A DNA stretch of 64,000 nucleotides from Eledone cirrhosa. Its lineage: Eukaryota. The notes beneath the pieces are model-generated. The model saw nothing but the letters and a program-made list of their open reading frames with translations, searched no databases and was not told the origin of the DNA. The first letter of the stretch is position 1. Every line of letters starts with the position of its first letter. This document shows, piece after piece, positions 42,022-54,300 of this stretch. The DNA lies in NCBI GenBank assembly GCA_964016885.1, contig OZ024759.1:23870001-23934000 (forward strand). The letters run 5' to 3'. Made by a program: the position numbers and the translations under genes.

Positions 42022-43901
42022 ATGTGCTTTCACACTTTGAGCCCAGTTTACTTCGATATATCTCTATATATCTCTATCTTCCTTTTAACGGAAAACACCA
42101 TGCTGTCTGGCTATCTCTCACCCAATCTACCTCATACTCTCTACCTCTTTTTGAGTAATCCCTTGCTTGTCTTTCAAGCAAGTTGGTCTTTACTCCTATG
42201 GACGTATAAACCTTTACACTATCTCATAACCATTCCTATATTCGTCTTTCCAAGTCATGTGCTTTAACACTTTGATCCCAGTTTACTTCGATATATCTCT
42301 ATATATCTCTCTCTTCCCTTTAACGGAAAACAACTTGCTGTCTGGCTATCTCTCTCCCATTCTACCTCATACTCTCTACCTCTTTTTGAGTAATCCCTTG
42401 CTTGTCTTTCAAGCAAGTTGGTCTTTACTCCTATGGACGTATAAACATTTACACTATCTCATAACCATTCCTATATTCGTCTTTCCAAGTCATGTGCTTT
42501 AACACTTTGATCCCAGTTTACTTCGATATATCTCTATATATCTCTATCTTCCTTTTAACGGAAAACAACTTGCTGTCTGGCTATCTCTCTCCCATTCTAC
42601 CTCATACTCTCTACCTCTTTTTGAGTAATCCCTTGCTTGTCTTTCAAGCAAGTTGGTCTTTACTCCTATGGACGTATAAACCTTTACACTATCTCATAAC
42701 CATTCCTATATTCGTATTTCCAAGTCATGTGCTTTAACATTTTGAGCCCAGTTTACTTCGATATATCTCTATATATCTCTATTTTCCTTTTAACGGAAAA
42801 CACCATGCTGTCTGGCTATCTCTCTCCCAATCTACCACATACTCTCTACCTCTTTTTGAGTAATCCCTTGCTTGTCTTTCAAGCAAGTTGGTCTTTACTC
42901 CTATGGACGTATAAACCTTTACACTATCTCATAACCATTCCTATATTCGTCTTTCCAAGTCATGTGCTTTCACACTTTGAGCCCAGTTTACTTCGATATA
43001 TCTCTATATATCTCTATCTTCCTTTTAACGGAAAACACCATGCTGTCTGGCTATCTCTCACCCAATCTACCTCATACTCTCTACCTCTTTTTGAGTAATC
43101 CCTTGCTTGTCTTTCAAGCAAGTTGGTCTTTACTCCTATGGACGTATAAACCTTTACACTATCTCATAACCATTCCTATATTCGTCTTTCCAAGTCATGT
43201 GCTTTAACACTTTGATCCCAGTTTACTTCGATATATCTCTATATATCTCTCTCTTCCCTTTAACGGAAAACAACTTGCTGTCTGGCTATCTCTCTCCCAT
43301 TCTACCTCATACTCTCTACCTCTTTTTGAGTAATCCCTTGCTTGTCTTTCAAGCAAGTTGGTCTTTACTCCTATGGACGTATAAACATTTACACTATCTC
43401 ATAACCATTCCTATATTCGTCTTTCCAAGTCATGTGCTTTAACACTTTGATCCCAGTTTACTTCGATATATCTCTATATATCTCTATCTTCCTTTTAACG
43501 GAAAACAACTTGCTGTCTGGCTATCTCTCTCCCATTCTACCTCATACTCTCTACCTCTTTTTGAGTAATCCCTTGCTTGTCTTTCAAGCAAGTTGGTCTT
43601 TACTCCTATGGACGTATAAACCTTTACACTATCTCATAACAGTTCCTATATTCGTATTTCCAAGTCATGTGCTTTAACATTTTGAGCCCAGTTTACTTCG
43701 ATATATCTCTATATATCTCTATTTTCCTTTTAACGGAAAACACCATGTTGTCTGGCTATCTCTCTCCCAATCTACCTCATACTCTCTACCTCTTTTTGAG
43801 TAATCCCTTGCTTGTCTTTCAAGCAAGTTGGTCTTTACTCCCATGGACGTATAAACCTTTACACTATCTCATAACCATTCCTATATTCGTCTTTCCAAGT
43901 C
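42022..43901. repeat. Tandem tetramer duplication (940 bp x2)
   Basis: The rare CTCTCTTCCCTT + AAACATTT monomer occurs at 42257 and 43197 with matching neighbours. The fourth monomers differ at a few sites. Confidence 0.85.
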
Positions 43902-46900
43902 ATGTGCTTTAACACTTTGAGCCCAGTTTACTTCGATATATCTCTATATATCTCTATTTTCCTTTTAACGGAAAACACCATGCTGTCTGGCTATCTCTCT
44001 CCCAATCTACCTCATACTCTCTAGCTCTTTTTGAGTAATCCCTTGCTTATCTATCAAGCAAGTTGGTCTTTACTCCTATGGACGTATAAACCTTTACACT
44101 ATCTCATAACCATTCCTATATTCGTCTTTGCAAGTCATGTGCATTAACACTTTGAGCCCAGTTTACTTCGATATATCTCTATATATCTCTATTTTCCTTT
44201 TAACGAAAAAAACCATGCTGTCTGGCTATCTCTCTCCCAATCTACCTCATACTCTCTACCTCTTTTTGAGTAATCCCTTGCTTGTCTTTCAAGCAAGTTG
44301 GTCTTTACTCCTATGGACGTATAAACCTTTACACTATCTCATAACCATTCCTATATTCATCTTTCCAAGTCATGTGCTTTAACATTTTGAGCCCAGTTTA
44401 CTTCGATATATCCCTATATATCTCTATTTTCCTTTTAACGAAAAACACCATGCTGTCTGGCTATCTCTCTCCCAATCTACCACATATCTCTACCTCTTTT
44501 TGAGTAATCCCTTGCTTGTCTTTCAAGCAAGTTGGTCTTTATTCCTATGGACGTATAAACCTTTACACTATCTCATAACCATTCCTATATTCGTCTTTCC
44601 AAGTCATGTGCTTTAACACTTTGAGCCCAGTTTACTTCGATATATCCCTATATATCTCTATTTTCCTTTTAACGGAAAACACCTTGCTGTCTGGCTATCT
44701 CTCTCCCAATCTACCTCATACTCTCTACCTCTTTTTGAGTAATCCCTTGCTTGTCTTTCAAGCAAGTTGGTCTTTACTCCTATGGACGTATAAACCTTTA
44801 CACTATCTCATAACCATTCCTATATTCGTCTTTCCAAGTCATGTGCTTTAACACTTTGAGCCCAGTTTACTTCGATATATCCCTATATATCTCTATTTTC
44901 CTTTTAACGGAAAACACCTTGCTGTCTGGCTATCTCTCTCCCAATCTACCTCATACTCTCTACCTCTTTTTGAGTAATCCCTTGCTTGTCTTTCAAGCAA
45001 GTTGGTCTTTACTCCTATGGACGTATAAACCTTTACACTATCTCATAACCATTCCTATATTCGTCTTTCCAAGTCATGTGCTTTCACACTTTGAGCCCAG
45101 TTTACTTCGATATATCTCTATATATCTCTATCTTCCTTTTAACGGAAAACACCATGCTGTCTGGCTATCTCTCACCCAATCTACCTCATACTCTCTACCT
45201 CTTTTTGAGTAATCCCTTGCTTGTCTTTCAAGCAAGTTGGTCTTTACTCCTATGGACGTATAAACCTTTACACTATCTCATAACCATTCCTATATTCGTC
45301 TTTCCAAGTCATGTGCTTTAACACTTATATCCCAGTTTACTTCGATATATCTCTATATATCTCTATCTTCCTTTTAACGGAAAACAACTTGCTGTCTGGC
45401 TATCTCTCTCCCATTCTACCTCATACTCTCTACCTCTTTTTGAGTAATCCCTTGCTTGTCTTTCAAGCAAGTTGGTCTTTACTCCTATGGACGTATAAAC
45501 CTTTACACTATCTCATAACCATTCCTATATTCATCTTTCCAACTCATGTGCTTTAACATTTTGAGCCCAGTTTACTTCGATATATCCCTATATATCTCTA
45601 TTTTCTTTTTAACGAAAAACACCATGCTGTCTGGCTATCTCTCTCCCAATCTACCACATACTCTCTACCTCTTTTTGAGTAATCCCTTGCTTGTCTTTCA
45701 AGCAAGTTGGTCTTTACTCCTATGGACGTATAAACCTTTACACTATCTCATAACCATTCCTATATTCGTCTTTCCAAGTCATGTGCTTTCACACTTTGAG
45801 CCCAGTTTACTTCAATATATCTCTATATATCTCTATCTTCCTTTTAACGGAAAACACCATGCTGTCTGGCTATCTCTCACCCAATCTACCTCATACTCTC
45901 TACCTCTTTTTGAGTAATCCCTTGCTTGTCTTTCAAGCAAGTTGGTCTTTACTCCTATGGACGTATAAACCTTTACACTATCTCATAACCATTCCTATAT
46001 TCGTCTTTCCAAGTCATGTGCTTTAACACTTTGATCCCAGTTTACTTCGATATATCTCTATATATCTCTATCTTCCTTTTAACGGAAAACAACTTGCTGT
46101 CTGGCTATCTCTCTCCCATTCTACCTCATACTCTCTACCTCTTTTTGAGTAATCCCTTGCTTGTCTTTCAAGCAAGTTGGTCTTTACTCCTATGGACGTA
46201 TAAACCTTTACACTATCTCATAACCATTCCTATATTCGTCTTTGCAAGTCATGTGCATTAACACTTTGAGCCCAGTTTACTTCGATATATCTCTATATAT
46301 CTCTATTTTGCTTTTAACGAAAAACACCATGCTGTCTGGCTATCTCTCTCCCAATCTACCTCATACTCTCTACCTCTTTTTGAGTAATCCCTTGCTTGTC
46401 TTTCAAGCAAGTTGGTCTTTACTCCTATGGACGTATAAACCTTTACACTATCTCATAACCATTCCTATATTCATCTTTCCAAGTCATGTGCTTTAACATT
46501 TTGAGCCCAGTTTACTTCGATATATCCCTATATATCTCTATTTTCCTTTTAACGAAAAACACCATGCTGTCTGGCTATCTCTCTCCCAATCTACCACATA
46601 TGTCTACCTCTTTTTGAGTAATCCCTTGCTTGTCTTTCAAGCAAGTTGGTCTTTATTCCTATGGACGTATAAACATTTACACTATCTCATAACCATTCCT
46701 ATATTCGTCTTTCCAAGTCATGTGCTTTAACACTTTGAGCCCAGTTTACTTCGATATATCCCTATATATCTCTATTTTCCTTTTAACGGAAAACACCTTG
46801 CTGTCTGGCTTTCTCTCTCCCAATCTACCTCATACTCTCTACCTCTTTTTGAGTAATCCCTTGCTTGTCTTTCAAGCAAGTTGGTCTTTACTCCTATGGA

Positions 46901-48357
46901 CGTATAAACCTTTACACTATCTCATAACCATTCCTATATTCGTCTTTCCAAGTCATGTGCTTTAACACTTTGAGCCCAGTTTACTTCGATATATCCCTAT
47001 ATATCTCTATTTTCCTTTTAACGGAAAACACCTTGCTGTCTGGCTATCTCTCTCCCAATCTACCTCATACTCTCTACCTCTTTTTGAGTAATCCCTTGCT
47101 TGTCTTTCAAGCAAGTTGGTCTTTACTCCTATGGACGTATAAACCTTTACACTATCTCATAACCATTCCTATATTCGTCTTTCCAAGTCATGTGCTTTAA
47201 CACTTTGATCCCAGTTTACTTCGATATATCTCTATATATCTCTATCTTCCTTTTAACGGAAAACAACTTGCTGTCTGGCTATCTCTCTCACATTCTACCT
47301 CATACTCTCTACCTCTTTTTGAGTAATCCCTTGCTTGTCTTTCAAGCAAGTTGGTCTTTACTCCTATGGACGTATAAACCTTTACACTATCTCATAACCA
47401 TTCCTATATTCGTATTTCCAAGTCATGTGCTTTAACATTTTGAGCCCAGTTTACTTCGATATATCCCTATATATCTCTATTTTCCTTTTAACGGAAAACA
47501 CCATGCTGTCTGGCTATCTCTCTCCCAATCTACCTCATCCTGTCTACCTCTTTTTGAGTAATCCCTTGCTTGTCTTTCAAGCAAGTTGGTCTTTACTCCT
47601 ATGGACGTATAAACCTTTACACTATCTCATAACCATTCCTATTTTCGTCTTTCCAAGTCATGTGCTTTAACACTTTGAGCCCAGTTTACTTCGATATATC
47701 TCTATATATCTCTCTTTTCCTTTTAACGGAAAACACCATGTTGTCTGGCTATCTCTCTCCCAATCTACCTCATACTCTCTACCTCTTTTTGAGTAATCCC
47801 TTGCTTGTCTTTCAAGCAAGTTGGTCTGTACTCCTATGGACGTATAAACCTTTACACTATCTCATAACCATTCCTATATTCGTCTTTCCAAGTCATGTGC
47901 TTTAACACTTTGAGCCCAGTTTACTTCGATATATCTCTATATATCTCTATTTTCCTTTTGACGGAAAACACCATGCTGTCTGGCTATCTCTCTCCCAATC
48001 TACCTCATACTCTCTAGCTCTTTTTGAGTAATCCCTTGCTTATCTATCAAGCAAGTTGGTCTTTACTCCTATGGACGTATAAACCTTTACACTATCTCAT
48101 AACCATTCCTATATTCGTCTTTGCAAGTCATGTGCATTAACACTTTGAGCCCAGTTTACTTCGATATATCTCTATATATCTCTATTTTCCTTTTAAAGAA
48201 AAACACCATGCTGTCTGGCTATCTCTCTCCCAATCTACCTCATACTCTCTACCTCTTTTTGAGTAATCCCTTGCTTGTCTTTCAAGCAAGTTGGTCTTTG
48301 CTCCTATGGACGTATAAACCTTTACACTATCTCATAACCATTCCTATATTCGTCTTT

Positions 48358-51300
48358 CCAAAACATGTGCTTTAACACTTTGAGCCCAGTTTACTTCGAT
48401 ATATCCCTATATATCTCTATTTTCCTTTTAACGGAAAACACCATGCTGTCTGGCTCAATCTCTCCCTTATCTACCTCATGCGATCTACCTCTTTTTGAGT
48501 AATCCCTTGCTTGTCTTTCAAGCAAGTTGGTCTTTACTCCTATGGACGTATAAACTTTTACACTATCTCATAACCATTCCTATATTCGTCTTTCCAAGTC
48601 ATGTGCTTTCACACTTTGAGCCCAGTTTACTTCGATATATCTCTATATATCTCTATCTTCCTTTTAACGGAAAACACCATGCTGTCTGGCTATCTCTCAC
48701 CCATTCTACCTCATACTCTCTACCTCTTTTTGAGTACTCCCTTGCTTGTCTTTCAAGCAAGTTGGTCTTTACTCCTATGGACGTATAAACCTTTACACTA
48801 TCTCATAACCATTCCTATATTCGTCTTTCCAAGTCATGTGCTTTCACACTTTGAGCCCAGTTTACTTCGATATATCCCTATATATCTCTATTTTCCTTTT
48901 AACGGAAAACACCATGCTGTCTGGCTATCTCTCTCCCAATCTACCTCATACTCTCTACCTCTTTTTGAGTAATCCCTTGCTTGTCTTTCAAGCAAGTTGG
49001 TCTTTACTCCTATGGACGTATAAACCTTTACACTATCTCATAACCATTCCTATATTCGTCTTTCCAAAACATGTGCTTTAACACTTTGAGCCCAGTTTAC
49101 TTCGATATATCCCTATATATCTCTGTTTTCCTTTTAACGGAAAACACCATGCTGTCTGGCTATCTCTCTCCCAATCTACCTCATACTCTCTACCTCTTTT
49201 TGAGTAATCCCTTGCTTGTCTTTCAAGCAAGTTGGTCTTTACTCCTATGGACGTATAAACCTTTACACTATCTCATAACCATTCCTATATTCGTCTTTCC
49301 AAGTCATGTGCTTTAACACTTCGAGCCCAGTTTACTTCGATATATCCCTATATATCACTATTTTCCTTTTAACGGAAAACACCTTGCTGTCTGGCTATCT
49401 CTCTCCCAATCTACCTCATACTCTCTACCTCTTTTTGAGTAATCCCTTGCTTGTCTTTCAAGCAAGTTGGTCTTTACTCCTATGGACGTATAAACCTTTA
49501 CACTATCTCATAACCATTCCTATATTCGTCTTTCCAAGTCATGTGCTTTAACACTTTGATCCCAGTTTACTTCGATATATCTCTATATATCTCTATCTTC
49601 CTTTTAACGGAAAACAACTTGCTGTCTGGCTATCTCTCTCCCATTCTACCTCATACTCTCTACCTCTTTTTGAGTAATCCCTTGCTTGTCTTTCAAGCAA
49701 GTTGGTCTTTACTCCTATGGACGTATAAACCTTTACACTATCTCATAACCATTCCTATATTCGTATTTCCAAGTCATGTGCTTTAACATTTTGAGCCCAG
49801 TTTACTTCGATATATCCCTATATATCTCTATTTTCCTTTTAACGGAAAACACCATGCTGTCTGGCTATCTCTCTCCCAATCTACCTCATCCTGTCTACCT
49901 CTTTTTGAGTAATCCCTTGCTTGTCTTTCAAGCAAGTTGGTCTTTACTCCTATGGACGTATAAACCTTTACACTATCTCATAACCATTCCTATTTTCGTC
50001 TTTCCAAGTCATGTGCTTTAACACTTTGAGCCCAGTTTACTTCGATATATCTCTATATATCTCTCTTTTCCTTTTAACGGAAAACACCATGTTGTCTGGC
50101 TATCTCTCTCCCAATCTACCTCATACTCTCTACCTCTTTTTGAGTAATCCCTTGCTTGTCTTTCAAGCAAGTTGGTCTTTACTCCTATGGACGTATAAAC
50201 CTTTACACTATCTCATAACCATTCCTATATTCGTCTTTCCAAGTCATGTGCTTTAACACTTTGAGCCCAGTTTACTTCGATATATCCCTATATATCTCTA
50301 TTTTCCTTTTAACGGAAAACACCATGCTGTCTGGCTCAATCTCTCCCTTATCTACCTCATGCGATCTACCTCTTTTTGAGTAATCCCTTGCTTGTCTTTC
50401 AAGCAAGTTGGTCTTTACTCCTATGGACGTATAAACTTTTACACTATCTCATAACCATTCCTATATTCGTCTTTCCAAGTCATGTGCTTTCACACTTTGA
50501 GCCCAGTTTACTTCGATATATCTCTATATATCTCTATCTTCCTTTTAACGGAAAACACCATGCTGTCTGGCTATCTCTCACCCATTCTACCTCATACTCT
50601 CTACCTCTTTTTGAGTACTCCCTTGCTTGTCTTTCAAGCAAGTTGGTCTTTACTCCTATGGACGTATAAACCTTTACACTATCTCATAACCATTCCTATA
50701 TTCGTCTTTCCAAAACATGTGCTTTAACACTTTGAGCCCAGTTTACTTCGATATATCCCTATATATCTCTATTTTCCTTTTAACGGAAAACACCATGCTG
50801 TCTGGCTCAATCTCTCCCTTATCTACCTCATGCGATCTACCTCTTTTTGAGTAATCCCTTGCTTGTCTTTCAAGCAAGTTGGTCTTTACTCCTATGGACG
50901 TATAAACTTTTACACTATCTCATAACCATTCCTATATTCGTCTTTCCAAGTCATGTGCTTTCACACTTTGAGCCCAGTTTACTTCGATATATCTCTATAT
51001 ATCTCTATCTTCCTTTTAACGGAAAACACCATGCTGTCTGGCTATCTCTCACCCATTCTACCTCATACTCTCTACCTCTTTTTGAGTACTCCCTTGCTTG
51101 TCTTTCAAGCAAGTTGGTCTTTACTCCTATGGACGTATAAACCTTTACACTATCTCATAACCATTCCTATATTCGTCTTTCCAAGTCATGTGCTTTCACA
51201 CTTTGAGCCCAGTTTACTTCGATATATCCCTATATATCTCTATTTTCCTTTTAACGGAAAACACCATGCTGTCTGGCTATCTCTCTCCCAATCTACCTCA

Positions 51301-54300
51301 TACTCTCTACCTCTTTTTGAGTAATCCCTTGCTTGTCTTTCAAGCAAGTTGGTCTTTACTCCTATGGACGTATAAACCTTTACACTATCTCATAACCATT
51401 CCTATATTCGTCTTTCCAAAACATGTGCTTTAACACTTTGAGCCCAGTTTACTTCGATATATCCCTATATATCTCTGTTTTCCTTTTAACGGAAAACACC
51501 ATGCTGTCTGGCTATCTCTCACCCAATCTACCTCATACTCTCTACCTCTTTTTGAGTAATTCCTTGCTTGTCTTTCAAGCAAGTTGGTCATTACTCCTAT
51601 GGACGTATAAACCTTTACGCTATCTCATAACCACTACTATATTGGTCTTTCCAAGTCATGTGCTTCAACACTTTGATCCCAGTTTACTTCGATATATCCC
51701 TATATATCTCTATTTTCCTTTTAACGGAAAACACCTTGCTGTCTGGCTATCTCTCTCCCAATCTACCTCATACTCTCTACCTCTTTTTGAGTAATCCCTT
51801 GCTTGTCTTTCAAGCAAGTTGGTCTTTACTCCTATGGACGTATAAACCTTTACACTATCTCATAACCATTCCTATATTCGTCTTTCCAAAACATGTGCTT
51901 TAACACTATGAGCCCAGTTTACTTCGATATATCTCTATATATCTCTATCTTCCTTTTAACGGAAAACACCATGCTGTCTGGCTATCTCTCACCCAATCTA
52001 CCTCATACTCTCTACCTCTTTTTGAGCAATCCCTTGCTTGTCTTTCAAGCAAGTTGGTCTTTGCTCCTATGGACGTATAAACCTTTACACTATCTCATAA
52101 TCATTCCTATATTCGTCTTTCCAAGTCATGTGCTTTCACACTTTGAGCCCAGTTTACTTCGATATATCTCTATATATCTCTATTTTCCTTTTAACGGAAA
52201 ACACCATGCTGTCTGGCTATCTCTCTCCCAATCTACCTCATACTCTCTACCTCTTTTTGAGTAATCCCTTGCTTGTCTTTCAAGCAAGTTGGTCTTTACT
52301 CCTATGGACGTATAAACCTTTACACTATCTCATAACCATTCCTATATTCGTCTTTCCAAAACATGTGCTTTAACACTTTGAGCCCAGTTTACTTCGATAT
52401 ATCCCTATATATCTCTATTTTCCTTTTAACGGAAAACACCATGCTGTCTGGCTCACTCTCTCCCTTATCTACCTCATGCGATCTACCTCTTTTTGAGTAA
52501 TCCCTTGCTTGTCTTTCAAGCAAGTTGGTCTTTACTCCTATGGACGTATAAACTTTTACACTATCTCATAACCATTCCTATATTCGTCTTTCCAAGTCAT
52601 GTGCTTTCACACTTTGAGCCCAGTTTACTTCGATATATCTCTATATATCTCTATCTTCCTTTTAACGGAAAACATCATGCTGTCTGGCTATCTCTCACCC
52701 AATCTACCTCATACTCTCTACCTCTTTTTGAGTAATCCCTTGCTTGTCTTTCAAGCAAGTTGGTCTTTACTCCTATGGACGTATAAACCTTTACACTATC
52801 TCATAACCATTCCTATATTCGTCTTTCCAAGTCATGTGCTTTCACACTTTGAGCCCAGTTTACTTCGATATATCTCTATATATCTCTATTTTCCTTTTAA
52901 CGGAAAACACCATGCTGTCTGGCTATCTCTCTCCCAATCTACCTCATACTCTCTACCACTTTTTGAGTAATCCCTTGCTTGTCTTTCAAGCAAGTTGGTC
53001 TTTGCTCCTATGGACGTATAAACCTTTACACTATCTCATAACCATTCCTATATTCGTCTTTCCAAGTCATGTGCTTTCACACTTTGAGCCCAGTTTACTT
53101 CGATATATCTCTATATATCTCTATATATCTCTATTTTCCTTTTAACGGAAAACACCATGCTGTCTGGCTATCTCTCTCCCAATCTACCTCATACTCTCTA
53201 CCTCTTTTTGAGTAACCCTTGCTTGTCTTTCAAGCAAGTTGGTCTTTACTCCTATGGACGTATAAATCTTTACACTATCTCATAACCATTCCTATATTCG
53301 TCTTTCCAAAACATGTGCTTTAACACTTTGAGCCCAGTTTACTTCGATATATCCCTATATATCTCTATTTTCCTTTTAACGGAAAACACCATGCTGTCTG
53401 GCTCTCTCTCTCCCTAATCTACCTCATGCGATCTACCTCTTTTTGAGTAATCCCTTGCTTGTCTTTCAAGCAAGTTGGTCTTTACTCCCATGGACGTATA
53501 AACCTTTACACTATCTCATAACCATTCCCATATTCGTCTTTCCAAGTCATGTGCTTTAACACTTTGAGCCCGGTTTACTTCGATATATCTCTATATATCT
53601 CTATTTTCCTTTTAACGGAAAACACCATGCTGTCTGGCTATCTCTCTCCCAATCTACCTCATACTCTCTACCTCTTTTTGAGTAATCCCTTGCTTGTCTT
53701 TCAAGCAAGTTGGTCTTTACTCCTATGGACGTATAAACCTTTACACTATCTCATAACCATTCCTATATTCGTCTTTCCAAGTCATGTGCTTTCACACTTT
53801 GAGCCCAGTTTACTTCGATATATCTCTATATATCTCTATCTTCCTTTTAACGGAAAACACCATGCTGTCTGGCTATCTCTCTCCCAATCTACCCCATACT
53901 CTCTAGCACTTATTTAGTAATCCCTTGCTTGTCTTTCAAGCAAGTTGGTCTTTACTCCTATGGACGTATAAACCTTTACACTATCTCATAACCATTCCTA
54001 TATTCGTCTTTCCAAGTCATGTGCTTTCACACTTTGAGCCCAGTTTACTTCGATATATCTCTATATATCTCTATTTTCCTTTTAACGGAAAACACCATGC
54101 TGTCTGGCTATCTCTCTCCCAATCTACCTCATACTCTCTACCTCTTTTTGAGTAATCCCTTGCTTGTCTTTCAAGCAAGTTGGTCTTTGCTCCTATGGAC
54201 GTATAAACCTTTACACTATCTCATAACCATTCCTATATTCGTCTTTCCAAAACATGTGCTTTAACACTTTGAGCCCAGTTTACTTCGATATATCTCTATA

